The translations under genes and the position numbers were made by a program. From positions 65,100,001 to 65,164,000 of the forward strand of contig NC_134476.1 in assembly GCF_964194025.1 (NCBI RefSeq): a stretch of DNA of 64,000 bases, read 5' to 3'. Source of the DNA: Convolutriloba macropyga. Its lineage: Eukaryota. The notes below the pieces were generated by a model. That model was not told the DNA's origin. It was given only the letters and a program-made list of their open reading frames with translations, and made no database searches. Below are positions 49,401 through 63,720 of the stretch, piece by piece; the first letter of the stretch is position 1, and every line of letters begins with the position of its first letter.

Positions 49401-52329
49401 AAATTTTTCCAGTCATTTGATTGTTCGGCTCCCTTTAACGTCCACTGTGAATGAACTTCCAATTGGAAATACTAATTTCTCGCTAAGAAAGGCTAAGCAA
49501 TAATAACAGGAAAAGGTGAGAATAAAATAATTAAATTAATGAAATGATGCTGTCTGTTTTGTTTGTTTAATTTAGTAAAAGAAGATAGGAGGAGCGAAAG
49601 GAGAAAATGACCGAATGTAGTCTTCATGTAGTGAGTGTGTCTACTTCACTTGTAGTTAAGTATCTTTAACAACAGGTCACTATATCTCTATGTTGAAATA
49701 TATTTCTGCACATTAAGTTTACACCACATACAATGGTTTATATCACAATTATTACTAAAAACTGTTTCCTTAGATTTATAAAACTTTTTTTTCTACTCAG
49801 ATTCTAGACTAACAACTAATATCTCGGGTATGTAAAAACAATATTTCGGTGAGAATTAACAAGAACTTGTTGACAGGCTTCTAAAAAAATGTATTTACTG
49901 TGTTTTCAAGACCCAGTTTTTCTCTAAATGGCTTTTTAAGTCATTCGGGAAGTTTGCGTATATCTGCGTTCAAATATTGCCCAGAGCAAACATTTCCAAA
50001 AAATTCAAAACTTGAAATTATGAATAATAAATCACAAATAAAATTACTTATTATGAAATCAGCCTTTTCGTATTAAATCAGCTTATCAAAGTACTAAAAA
50101 AAAAACAAATAACTTGCATCTTTTAAGCGTAGTGGAAACAGTTTCTATATCGACAGTATAGCGCCTGCCAATCAGAAATAACAAGTTGGCTATTTTGTCT
50201 CTTCTGATGAACAGAACAGATGAAATACAACACATGAATGCATATAACTTTTAACCACGGTAGTTTGAACGAAGGCACCAAACGTAACCACAACTAATAA
50301 TTCACAACAGCTTATCACAACACCTCAACACGTCACTTCTAATATACTAGTCACCTAAATTGGCATTAATAAGATCTTTTCTGTACGTTATGCACCGTTA
50401 TCTTTTCTGTACGTAAAAGTTCCGATTTTAAGTTTTAACCGTTTAAGTTGTCAACCTAGATATTTTTAGGATACCGAATTACCCAATAACCGAATTAAGA
50501 AATTAAGCCTTTCTGTTCCACGCTGAGACGACACTTGACAACGGATCTCTACGGTCTAATCGCGATTTTTCTGGTGTTTTCATTTAACTTTTTTAAATGG
50601 TTTCTTGATTTTTGTTGAAATGTTTTTTTTTCAAATGTTTTGAGCTTGAGAGCTCTTTTAACAGAATAATTGAACTGCTTTTGCTGGTGACAATCTAGCT
50701 TAACTCGTATTTTGAACGATTTCATAAAAATTCTTGATTTATTTTCCAAACCAGTCACAATAAAAATATAATTATTATTGACCAGTAAATGATCTAAAAT
50801 ACATGAAATAAACGAAATTTTAGCAGTGACCAAATAGTTATCGCGATCGTTCGAATTTCTTATAGCAATAATTATTTATGCTCAAAAACCGCAAACAAAA
50901 CTCAGTTACTTTGCGTGTTTTTAGTCGCAATGGAGAAAAGAGCAACTATGATTCGATTATTTAATGTCTTTTTTAGTATTTTTTAAAGTACCATTTTCAC
51001 AACCGACTATTTATTAGAAACTGATGTATATTTCGCCATTTTTTTCGCAATCAAGGCGACACCAGAAGTAGTAAAACAGTCGGGACCTTATCAGCTTAAA
51101 AACAGGTGTGTGATTTTAGGGGTGAGGTTACGTGAGAAATTGCAATAGCACCAACTGAACACTTGAAACCCACAATTACCGGCACAAAGAGGACATCATC
51201 TATATATATGGCAGTTTACAACTTGTGATTAATTATGAACAAACTACATGGAAAATTACATTACACGCATTCAGTCACACAAAACTTCAAAATATCAATT
51301 AAAAAATTTTTGGACAATTTTTTTTTGTATATCTTCACTGATTACTAAAAAAACATTTAATAGCTATTAAAATTTAATAGACAATGGAGGCTACAATAAA
51401 ATTAGACTAAAAACTTCAGATAACTTATCAGGTTTGCGTGACTGTTGTAAACAATAGATAACAAGATCGACTAATTTGAACGGATTTACAAGTTTTATAA
51501 ACCTAACTTGAAAACTAACTCCTTTTTGGGTTTGAGAGAACTTTTATTTATTCTGTATCTAAAATAGATATATTTGTCATAACATCACTCGAATGATACT
51601 TAGCTATTATCTGCATGGCGAAGATGACAATTTAGAATCAATGAAAAAATGAAGATTGCTGCTCGCAAACAAAAACATGTTTCTATTTAGTGTTACTATA
51701 ACTGCTCTCAGCAACATTTCTGCTCTCAGCGCGTGATAAACTTTTAAGCAACACAAAAAGCGCATTTTCTATTACACAGAAAATTTATCGGATTTTCCCT
51801 TTACACAAACACCCCCCCCCCCCCCCCCCTCTCGATGACCTCAAAATCTACCATCAATTAAGTCAAAATCTACCATCAATTAAGTCATATATGTCGAGAA
51901 TTGTACGTAGTCAGGTCAAAGTTGAATTCTATTTCAAAGGTTTTTCTTTAAATTTCTTAAAGAAATTTTTGTTTTTATCCCCCACCCCCGCCATATTCAA
52001 CAAGAATCATAGGACAACTGAAATGATTCGTTTTTAATTCTAAGACAGAGTGAATTATGATTTGCAATTTTCAAATGCCGCAATCAAAGCTCGTAGAATT
52101 TTTTTCTATACCAATTTCAATGTATTACTCGGAAGTAAGGGCGAATAAGGGAGAATTCCAGTGTGTCAAGTTGAAACTTAAACTGCAATTATATTTTAAT
52201 GCGTATTAGGCCAGTCCGAAACAAACAATTCACAATGATATGATCATTCAGCACGAACTGAACTCAGCTTTAGTTTCTTTCTATTTTCATCTTACCACCA
52301 ATGTTTTAAACTCTCGTTGGGTTCAAATT

Positions 52330-52512
52330 TTAGCTCGGCGGGTTGGCCGAATTCATGAGCTGACGTGCTATGCTTTGCAGGTTACTCGAATAGCCCATGG
52401 ATCCATGGCCGTACGTATGGCTGACAGCAGACCCCGCCAGAGGCAGTGAAGCGGAGCTCTTCGGGTCTGACAACGTTGCTTGAACCTGGCTCGGGTCTCC
52501 AGCAGATGCGAC
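52330..52512 (-). CDS. Terminal coding exon of the same unidentified gene
   Basis: tttgacag acceptor, phase 0; VASAGDPSQVQATLSDPKSSASLPLAGSAVSHTYGHGSMGYSSNLQSIARQLMNSANPPS* (183 nt). Confidence 0.75.
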   Translation of the reverse strand, partial: VASAGDPSQVQATLSDPKSSASLPLAGSAVSHTYGHGSMGYSSNLQSIARQLMNSANPPS

Positions 52513-52939
52513 CTGTCAAATTAAAAACTTCACTTTTTATAGATCTTTTTACTTTTAAGTGCCTCAAACGATATTTGCAGCCTAAAATATTCCAAAGAGA
52601 TTCCAATCAATCATGACTCGATTATCTCGTTCATTCTTTGTTGCTATTTAAACAAACATTAACCGAATAATGTCGGAAGAATGGCTCACAAACGACAGGC
52701 GATGCAATTTAATTCAGGTGCTGTAGCCTAGAGAAATTTATGGGTGCAAAAATAGTTGACCACGCCGGGATTCGAACCATGGACCAACACGTTTAAAATA
52801 ATTGCTACGAACTTCGTTCAAGAGCAATTAAACATGCCTTCTCTTCAGCAAAAGTATGACTGTTTATGTTTGTTTCATATGTAACATTTAGGAAACGATA
52901 GCTTTATAATAGTTATATAACAACACAGTAAAACCATAC

Positions 52940-53361
52940 TTGTCCCAAAGTGCCAGGGTGAACAGTCGAAGGCAACAATGCTGGGTTTGGAGCTACAAAA
53001 GCTGGCGCGTTTAACTGCTGTTGTGCTGCTTGAGGTATATACATAGGCGTCAGACCAGTTCCGTTCCCACCGAAGATTCCCAGAGCACCCGTATTTACAA
53101 CGGGGTGACCGAATGGGTTTCCAGCACCAGGATTTCCAGGAATTAAACCGGCAGGCGTCGGCTGATGTTGTAATGCGTTTGCAGGTGTGTTTTGTGTCGA
53201 GGCGGCTGCTACCATGTTAGCGTGAGGTAAAAACATGCCTGGTTGGCCCGGCATTTGGTGTACCATTGAGAAATTGACTCCAGCTGTAGTCGGCGCCGAA
53301 TGTATAGGCTGAATGGCCACTTGAGGCATGTAGAAAAGCTGTTGCTGTTGCACTGGTTGAC
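52940..53361 (-). CDS. Penultimate coding exon of unidentified gene; Q/P/A/G-rich low-complexity region
   Basis: ttttcag acceptor, open frame QPVQQQQLFYMPQ...HPGTLGQ, donor caa|gtatgg; GC-elevated. Confidence 0.8.
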
Positions 53362-54039
53362 CTGAAAACAGTTGAAAGGGTTTTAATCAATTAAAATACC
53401 CGACATATTGCCTGAAAATAGCCACTAACGCAATTCCAATAACGCAATTCATTTGAATTGAAAGAACAGAAAATGAAAATATGGATTGTTGTACGAAAAA
53501 AAAAACATAGCTGGCAAATTGTCAGAAAATAGCCGCAATAGCTTCGTAGATCCGTAGTCTCAAAAAGAAGGTAAAAAGACACACCAAAAAAGAAGCTTAT
53601 TCTTTTCATTAAGGGCTGAGATCTTAGATTTTAATTAAGAATCTGTATAACTTACTGTGCAACTTGCTGTTTTTATTTGCTGCTCTTAAATAACCTTCAA
53701 ATAGAGTGACAAGCACTCATTTGACTTTATCTCTTAGAATTAAAGCAAAGAAAAGTCAATTTCAGAGTGAGGAAGTCATTTTTAAGAGTGAGGTAAGTCA
53801 CGTGTGACAAAAAATTTAATCACGCGAATGAACAAAAAAAACTAGCTCCACTAAGAGTGAAAAATGACGTCACGCACGCAATTCAGTTGAAATTGCATGA
53901 ACGAATGAACAAAAAGCAGATTTGAAGTGGTTGTGACGTCATATGGTCGTAACAAAAATCTTGAAGACGAAAAAAAATCAAGAGAAGGCCAATAATAGCC
54001 TCAGCTATCGCTTCGCGGCTATTAAAACATTTTTAAGTG

Positions 54040-56850
54040 CAAACTATTTTGATTTCATTTTTAGTTAGGCATACAACTGTTTCCTAATGAGAGACTACCG
54101 GACTAGTATCAATACCAATGGGCACTAGAAATATTAACTAAAACTTATCAGATCAAATTTCATGTAGCGTGCAACTAAAATTGGGCATTATGACAATTCT
54201 AATTTTTGAATCTGTTTTTCGATCTTGACTGTTGCTGAGTTTGTTTTTTGAGCAACAGCTGTTTAAGAGCACCCTGGGAGAAGATTGAAACTAACCTAAA
54301 GAACAAAAAGATGCCACACAAAATATTGAACAATCTGTGAACTAAGGTAAAGCAAAATAAAAATTGTCTGACGAACAAAAAAACATAGCAAGATACGCCC
54401 TGAATTACAATTTCAAAAACTTTGTAGACTAAACAGAAATTTAGACCTAGAAGCTAACACCACTGGATTTAAAATCATGTAGAAAAACACATAAAAAACA
54501 TTAAAATAAATGAACAAAAAAAACACTCAAGAAAACATTTTTCCAAACACTGTTTTTTCACTCCAAATTCAAAAGACAAAAATCCACTCTAAGAAACCAC
54601 TGGATTTATTAAATCACTACCTGGCATTAAAAAAATCAAATTTGACTTCAAAAATTAAAAAAAAATGAGTAAACAGATCATAAAAAGGAGGCACCCCAAT
54701 AATTCCTTTAATTGCAAGGATGCGAGAAGACTGCAAACAAGACAATAGAAATACAAAAAGATTTCAGGCTAAATGCTAAACAAGCTCAGCTAACGTAAAG
54801 CAAAACCAATTTTTTGAAGAAGTAAAAAAAAGGCGGGATAAAAGCCGGCTAAAAAATGACATCGTCTAGCACTTAGCATAATCCACTTCCCTCGAAGGAA
54901 TTGTTTTGAATTGAACGCAAGAGGTCGGCTTGCTTGCTTTTAGCAAAAGCCTGCTAATATTTAGACACAGCCGCAAAGCGTTGTAGCAGAAAATGGTGGG
55001 CGAGACAAAGAGTATAGACTCAGTTGCAGTGCTTTGGGGGAGGGATAGACCTCCATTACTCAGCAATAAACTATAGCAGAAACTCATTGGATTTAAGAAA
55101 AAGTTCACAAAAAACATCAAAACAACAGTACGAAATGTAAAAAAAACCATTATCAAAAAACATTTTTTCAAACACCGTTTTCTCAATTCAAATCCAAATT
55201 CAAGAGAAAAAATCCTCTCTGCAAAGCCAATGGAATTTTTATTCACTCACTGAAAAATGACGGCACTCCAATAAGTGCGCAACTGTTGATCTCATGGCGA
55301 GGCAGTCTGGCATCTAAAATTGGTGTTTACGCGGTTATCTCGTCCCTAATTGTGACTTCGTTTTTCGATACTGATTCTCTTGATTCTAGATTGTTTTGCT
55401 GAGCCACTGCTGCTTAGAAGGACTTTGCAGAGAATAAAAGAAAAAGAAGCCAATAGAAAACGAAAAGATTTCACGCTAAACCCTTAACAAGCTGTGAACT
55501 AAGGTAAAGCGAAACCAATTTCTTGACGAAGTAAAAAAAATAGGGCGCGATAATAAACAGCAGAAAATATGAGAGCGTCTATCACTTAGTATAACCCAAA
55601 ACCCTTGGACAAATTGCTTCGAACGGAACGCAGGTTTGCTTGCTTGATTCTAGCAAAAGATAGCTTAAGACACAGCCGCAAAGCGTTGGGCGAGGTTGTT
55701 GCAAAAAATGGCGGGAGATTAAGGATTATAGACTCAGTGGCAGTGCTTTGGGTGGGGGGGGGGGTAAAACTCCATTACTCAGCAGTAAATTACAGCATAA
55801 ACTCACATTGGATTTGAAAAATAATTTAGAAAAACATACAAAAACTCGAAAACATTACAATATGGGAAAAAACACTACAAAAAAAAACACTTTTTCAAAC
55901 ACCATTTTCCCACTTCAACCTCAAATTCAAGAAACAACATTCCATTTTGCGAAACTACTGTATCTTTTACAATTCCCAGAAGGACTAATATCACACATGG
56001 AATTTGACTTCAAAAATCATAAAAATGTGGGAACAGATCATAAAAGACGGCACCCCAAAAAGTCCTTGAATTCTAAAAAATGAGCCCGCTATAGCAGTCG
56101 GCTGAGATAATTACTTCAACTACTGGCCTCAATAAAATATGCGAGGCAGACTGACAGAAATAGCCGGCATTGACACTCATAATCCCGATTGTGAATAAAA
56201 GAACAAAAAAGAAAATTGATTATTTAAAAGCGCGAACTTCAATGAAATCTAATTGTAGTTAGACATAATCTCGTTTCTTAGAGGATAGAGGTGCTAGTAT
56301 CAATAACAATAAGCATTAGAGATTGTAACTAAAGCTTATAAGAACAAATTTCAAGTAACGGGCATCTGAAACTGGTGTTTATGCGGTTATCTCGTCTCTA
56401 ATTGTGATTTCGTTTTTCGATACTGATTCTCTTGATTCTAGATGGTTTTGCTGAGCAACTGTTGCTTAGAAGGACTTCGTAGAGAATAAAATAAGACTGA
56501 AACAAGACAATAGAAATCAAGATTTCACGCTAAATACTAAACACGATATCACGCTAAATACGATGCAAAAATATAGGCGCCATAATAGCCAGCTGAAAAA
56601 ATGATATCGTCTATCACTCAGCATAACCCAATACTCTCTATCGAATTGCTTCGAAGAGACACGCGAGAGTTTGGCCTGCTTGATTGTAGCAAAAGCTAGT
56701 TTAAATTTAGACACAGCCGCAAAGCGTTGGGGGAGGTTGAAGCAGAAAAAGGTTGGCGAGACAAGGAGTATAGACTCAGTCGCAGTACTTTAGGGGAACG
56801 GTAGAACCCCATTACTCAGCGGATTCGGTTAACTGTACAGCTAGAGCCCG
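54040..56850. repeat. Three diverged tandem copies of an interspersed repeat
   Basis: agacacagccgcaaagcgttg at ~54963, ~55668 and ~56709 with homologous flanks. Confidence 0.75.
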
Positions 56851-57870
56851 CTAAAGTTCTAAGAGTGCTCCGAAGAATTTTAAAGCCCTCGGTCGTTATC
56901 AGTTTATCCCGTTCTTAAAAACGGAAAATCGAATTAAATCACGTGAGCTTAGGAATGTTAAGCAAAAGGGTTAAAACAGTCAGGGAAAAATCCATAACAT
57001 AGCAAGCAAATTGCCGGAAAACAGCCGCGGTAGACCCTTGTGGCACTTTTGGGTTAGATTCCGGACTCATTTTTATGAGGCGCATGCTCTCTAAAGAAAA
57101 AGCCCTCATAGAGCTTTTTCAAAATTAATTCTCGAAATCGAAACTCAAGACCCTAATAGTCAAGAATTAGTGCACATACGTTTGACACTACCTAGATGAA
57201 CACTATTGATCTTTAACTAGTTAAAGGTTCATAAAATTTAAGGTTCAATAAGTGAGTTCAAAATCATTTTTCGCGTGTGGAAAGTCAGGCAGATGACCTA
57301 AAAGCAGAACAAATGACGTAAAGCACACAATAATTTTAACCGCAAAGCCGTAGAAGTCACTGATATTGAAATAGTCTATGGTGGCAAGAATCATCGATGG
57401 AGATGACGAATTAAAAAATCAAGGATGTCCCCAATAATAGCCGCTATAATAGCTTCGAGGCTTTTGAAAAAACGTTAAGCTTTTGATGCTTTATTTTGAT
57501 TGAGAATCTGTTGATAAGAAACTTATTTGTTCGAGAAACTTATTGATATTTCTTATAGATGCCCTCAAATACACTTCCTTCCGGGTGACAAGCACTCATT
57601 TGACCTTATCTCTTTGGATTATAGTAAAGAAAACTCAATTTCAGAAGCAGGACGTCATTTTTGAGAGTGAGGTAAGTCACGTGTGACCATAAACTTGTTC
57701 ACGCAAATGAACAAAAAAATTTCGCTCAACTAAGAGTGAAAATGATGTCACACATGCAATTCAGCTGAAATTGGATAAACGAATGAACAAAAAGATTTGA
57801 AGCGATTGTGACGTCATATGGTCGTAACAAAAATCTTGACGACAAATAAAAGACATAAACCGACTAATGA

Positions 57871-58000
57871 AAGAATTGCTCTCGAAAGAATTGCTCTCGA
57901 AAGAATTGCTCTCGACAGGCGGGTGGAAAAACATTCGACCACGCCGGGATTGACCTACCGATCCCTAACCAAATGCACTGCTCACTCGGCTATCAGGCCC
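57871..58000 (-). mobile_element. tRNA-derived SINE-like copy
   Basis: Minus strand reads gatagccgagtg (A-box-like)...ggtcaatcccggcgtggtcga (B-box-like), then 3 tandem copies of tcgagagcaattctt; related to 1-120 (+) and ~52745-52790 (-). Confidence 0.6.
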
Positions 58001-59994
58001 TTCTTGCTATGCTTCAACCGATTTTATATTTGCAACAAGCTTTACTTCGGAGTGAGAGCAATGGAGATCCCTCAAAAATGAAGAAAAAAGCGTGAAAAAG
58101 TCACTTGAGAAGTCAAAGAATGTTCTAGAAGAAAGTCGCAAAAATGCTGAAGCAAAAAATTTGCAATAAAAAAGACTAACACGTTTGCAATAATTGCTCT
58201 GAACTTTGTACAAGAGCAATCAAAAACCAAGAAGCTGTCGCTTCTCGGCTATTAAAAGACAATAAACACAAAATTACAATAATTGCCTAAAACTTCGTTC
58301 CAGATCAATAAAAAAGCAACTGAAATAAGGAGAAGTTTTGGTACAGCTATAAGAGCAATCTCCAAATTTAACGGCTTTAAAACTTTGTTGAAAAAAGTAA
58401 GAAAAGAATTGATACATCAGAGGATGAAGACAATATTTCACAAGATATTTCCCTTTTCTCTCAATTCAATTAGAGAAACAAAGCAGGCGACCAAAGTCAG
58501 GCGAACGGCTTGCCAACGACTGGTTATTGGTGGGAATTGGTAATAGATAGATTAAGCTAGCGTCACTTAATGGGTACATGGGAAAGAAAAGATTTTCAAA
58601 ATTATCCTCCGAAACATAACCAACCGACTACTTTCGGGCAAATTGCTTTCAAAATAGTTGCGAGCGGTCAGATTCGTCAGTGGCTAGCTACGACTTAGGG
58701 AGGCCAGCCTTAGCTATGCAAGCATAGGGGAGAGAGGATGGGTGGTGAGCGCGGGTTGAGTCGCTAACGTGCGGGGTTACGGGTGGAAAGAGGTTGGCAA
58801 GATGGCTGAAGTGATGAGGTGTTAAGTGTGTGTGTGTGTGGAGAGGGGAGGTGGTTAAGTGAGAGGAGTTCAAATTCTCCCTTTACACCATGAATTTATG
58901 TCTCTCATACAGTTTCGGTGAATCGTATACTTAGAGAGTAGTGAGCTGTATTTTAGAGAATGCTCTCTGGAGCTTCCCTTTTTGTCCCGTCAGACAAAAA
59001 AATGATCAGATGGAAAGTTGGTAGTAAGCGAAATTGTATAGAAAATGCAAGCAGGACTAACAAAATTGCCACCAACTTGGTTTGACAACGAAATTAGCAC
59101 GAAATAAATTAGTAGTTTTAGTGAAACTTAAAAATAGAGGCTAGCAGAGGTCTAAATACATCTTAGAGCAATATTCTTATTTTCCTAAAGGACTTGAGAC
59201 CCTTGCGCTTAAGTGCTGGATAAGGGCTCAAGGTAACTAGGACTCAAATTCCAACTCTTAAGGTGTGTGAGGTGGCGGCTAAGTAGGGAAATAAACTCAC
59301 AAGTATGACAAGCGCAAGAAGATTAGACTAAATCAACTAAAAGAATCAACTGATGGATACTCGGCTTTATTGCACCCTGCTCCTAATGTCAGGGGATAGC
59401 AGCGGGGCATTTAGGTTCACTGGGCGACTTCACATGATTTCAGTAAAGTGAAACATAGCCTGCAGATTGCCGTAATAGCTGCCAAATAGACTTTCGTGCC
59501 GTATAATAGAGATAGAAAGATAAAGATCTAAGTTGAAATAAAAAATTGACGCCGCTCAAAAAGCTATGCAACAGATTTCAAACGTTAAAAATAATTGCAA
59601 AAAAATTGTCAAGATATTTTTAAAATTGCATTTATGAAAACACTTTTACTGAATTTTAAAAACAACGCCAAAAATGACACTTTAATTATATAACAAAAAG
59701 CAAATCCCCGAGGGAACAAAACATAGACAGCAGATAAGACTACCCTGACGTGCCGTATAATAGAGATGAAACAGATACAGATAAATTGAAAAATTTCTCA
59801 ACGCCGCTCAAAAAGTTATGTAAAAACATTCAGCAATAAATTAATAAAGCTTGTTATAATTTAATCCGCAGAAGCCCTTTTTATTAGGGACCTTAATTAC
59901 ACATATGAGTTCATTGGACGTTAATTTAATTCAAATTAAACTTAAGAATTAAGAAGCGCAAACGCTATTTTATTGAGTGAGTAGGTCACTTATG

Positions 59995-60032
59995 ATCAAA
60001 ATCTAATCACGCAAATGACTTCAAAACTTTTC

Positions 60033-60076
<44 letters not shown>

Positions 60077-60112
60077 CAAAATCTAATCACGCAAATGACT
60101 TCAAAACTTTTC

Positions 60113-60154
<42 letters not shown>
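59995..60154. repeat. Two tandem ~80-bp units each ending in (AG)n
   Basis: atcaaaatctaatcacgcaaatgacttcaaaactttttct(ag)n occurs twice. Confidence 0.9.
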
Positions 60155-60157
<3 letters not shown>

Positions 60158-60362
60158 GACATCACGCGCGTAAAAGCCATCAGTGAGAAAGAAATTATTC
60201 GGAAAATTTGACGTTATCAGCTTTGTGTGTGAACAAATGTAGAACGAAAAAAGAGCGTCAGACGACAAAACAAATAGTCGGAAGAATTCCGGAAACGACT
60301 CGAACCGTCAGAACTTTACAAAAACCGTACTTGCAGCCAAAACCAGAACTTTTTCTCTTAAA

Positions 60363-63300
60363 ACAGTCAACTTTTTACTTAACAGATTTGATTTTAAAAT
60401 TGGATAAAACTTACATAAAACTTACACTGCTGTCCAAACGAGAAATATTTGAGCATTGACATCATTAGAAAAATTAGAAATAAAAAAACCGACATCATTC
60501 AGTAACAATAAAAAACAGAATTGAAACATAAATTTGATTAAAAACACAGCCGCGATAGACGCGTTTGGCCTTCAATGCAATTGAAAAAACTAAAGAAATA
60601 AGATAGACAGATTGATCAACAGTCCTTTGATAGACCCCTAGACTTTTTGAGTTAGAATCGATCTGTCATTTTTATGAGACACATACGCTTTAGAAAAAGC
60701 CATTGGATTTTTTTTTCAAAATTGATATCCGAAAACAAAAACTCAGGCCTCTAATACTCAACAATTAGGGCATAAGTTTGGCACTATTGGATGCACACTA
60801 TTGATCTTTAACTAGCAAATGTTATAAAATTTCATAAAAGTTCATTTAATGATTTCAGAATCAGGTAAGTCACACAATGGACATAAAAGCAGAACAAATG
60901 ACGTCACGTACACAAATTTTAACTGCAAAGCAGTTGAAGTCACTGCAATTGGAAAAGTCAATTCCAAGAAGTCAGGTCGCAAGATTAATCGACGGAGAAG
61001 ACGAATTAAAAAAACACGATGTCCCCGATAGTAGCCGCTATCGCTGCACGGCTATTAAAAACTCAATTTCATTTTGCGCAAAATTACACTGAATTTCACC
61101 AAATTCATTTTTTGAAAATGTGGACTTTATAGTTTAGCAGTCAAGATTTTTTTAGTTTTGGAGTCACAGCAATTCACACAAAGTAGAAATTATTCAATTA
61201 TTGGAAGGATCTTAGGCAAAATCAATTCAAACTATTGCAAAATTTAAATTATTCACGAGCAAGATAAAACAAACAAAAAATACAAAGGCTCAACATAGTT
61301 AATTACTAAATCTGAGGCCCCAAAGTTTTTCGCAGAAAGTAATAATCAGCCATAACGTTCAAATGGAATTCCAGCGAATTATCAGTGCTGCAATACATCA
61401 AAACGCTAAAATATTTTATTTTATTCTCTAACAAAAGATAAAGCTACAGCAATTATAACTACAATTTTAAACGAACGCTTAACAATATAAGCAAGGCTGT
61501 GGAGAAAATGGACAATGTGTTAAACTAGAGAAACTTTTTTGAGAGTTAAAAACTAAATTCTAAAAAGAAGCAGAAAAACACACGTCTTTCATTCTGTAGC
61601 ATTGGATGCTCAGAAAAATACAGCCACCAGCCTGTCTCAATAAAGGAAAGGAAACCAGAGTTCAAAGATTTAAAATGAATTGCAAAAAAAATTTCAAAAT
61701 ATTTTTAAAATTGCACTTATAGAAACATTTAAACTGAATTTTAAAACAAAACGCCAAAAAATGACACTTTAATTATAAAGCAAAATGCAAATCCCCGGAG
61801 GAGCAATACATAGACGGCAGATAATAGTACCGTGATACGTGCCGCATAAAAAGATAAAAAAAGTTACAGATAAGTTGACAAATTTATCGATGTCGTTCAA
61901 AAATTTATTGAAAAACATTCAGCAATAAAATAATAAAGCTTGTTAAAATTCAGTGCGCAGAACCCTTTTCATTAGTGACCTTTATAACACATATGAGTTC
62001 CTTTGACTAATTCAAATTAAACTTGAGTTTTAAAACGAAAAAGCAGTCAACTTTTTACTTAACAGATTTGATTTTAAAATTGGATAAAACTTACATAAAA
62101 CTTACACTGCTGTCCAAACGAGAAATATTTGAGCATTGACATCATTAGAAAAATTAGAAATAAAAAAACCGACATCATTCAGTAACAATAAAAAAACAGA
62201 ATTGAAACATAAATTTGATTAAAAACACAGCCGCGATAGACGCGTTTGGCCTTCAATGCAATTGAAAAAACTAAAGAAATAAGATAGACAGATTGATCAA
62301 CAGTCCTTTGATAGACCCCTAGACTTTTTGAGTTAGATTCGATCTGTCATTTTTATGAGACACATACGCTTTAGAAAAAGCCATTGGATTTTTTTTTCAA
62401 AATTGATATCCGAAAACAAAAACTCAGGCCTCTAATACTCAACAATTAGGGCATAAGTTTGGCACTATTGGATGCACACTATTGATCTTTAACTAGCAAA
62501 TGTTATAAAATTTCATAAAAGTTCATTTAATGATTTCAGAATCAGGTAAGTCACACAATGGACATAAAAGCAGAACAAATGACGTCACGTACACAAATTT
62601 TAACTGCAAAGCAGTTGAAGTCACTGCAATTGGAAAAGTCAATTCCAAGAAGTCTGGTCGCAAGATTAATCGATGGAGAAGACGAATTAAAAAACACGAT
62701 GTCCCCGATAGTAGCCGCTATCGCTGCACGGCTATTAAAAACTCAATTTCATTTTGCGCAAAATTACACTGAATTTCACCAAATTCATTTTTTGAAAATG
62801 TGGACTTTATAGTTTAGCAGTCAAGATTTTTTTAGTTTTGGAGTCACAGCAATTCACACAAAGTAGAAATTATTCAATTATTGGAAGGATCTTAGGCAAA
62901 ATCAATTCAAACTATTGCAAAATTTAAATTATTCACGAGCAAGATAAAACAAACATAAAAATACAAAGGCTCAACATAGTTAATTACTAAATCTGAGGCC
63001 CCAAAGTTTTTCGCAGAAAGTAATAATCAGCCATAACGTTCAAATGGAATTCCAGCGAATTATCAGTGCTGCAATACATCAAAACGCTAAAATATTTTAT
63101 TTTATTTTCTAACAAAAGATAAAGCTACAGCAATTATAACTATAATTTTAAACGAACGCTTAACAATATAAGCAAGGCTGTGGAGAAAATGGACAATGTG
63201 TTAAACTAGAGAAACTTTTTTGAGAGTTAAAAACTAAATTCTAAAAAGAAGCAGAAAAACACACGTATTTCATTCTGTAGCATTGGATGCTCAGAAAAAT

Positions 63301-63720
63301 ACAGCCACCAGCCTGTCTCAATAAAGGAAAGGAAACCAGAGTTCAAAGATTTAAAATGAATTGCAAAAAAAATTTCAAAATATTTTTAAAATTGCACTTA
63401 GAAACATTTAAACTGAATTTTAAAACAAAACGCCAAAAAATGACACTTTAATTATAAAGCAAAATGCAAATCCCCGGAGGAGCAATACATAGACGGCAGA
63501 TAATAGTACCGTGATACGTGCCGCATAAAAAGATAAAAAAAGTTACAGATAAGTTGACAAATTTATCGACGTCGTTCAAAAAGTTATTGAAAAACATTCA
63601 GCAATAAAATAATAAAGCTTGTTAAAATTCAGTGCGCAGAACCCTTTTCATTAGTGACCTTTATAACACATATGAGTTCCTTTGACTAATTCAAATTAAA
63701 CTTGAGTTTTAAAACGAAAA
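60363..63720. repeat. Near-identical tandem duplication, period ~1681 bp; diverged partial copy at ~59560-59945
   Basis: 60849 vs 62530 offset; colinear identity with few SNPs/indels. Confidence 0.92.

Noticed and set aside
57925-58000. tRNA gene
   Set aside because: A/B boxes are degenerate and no complete cloverleaf is evident; multiple decayed copies indicate a SINE
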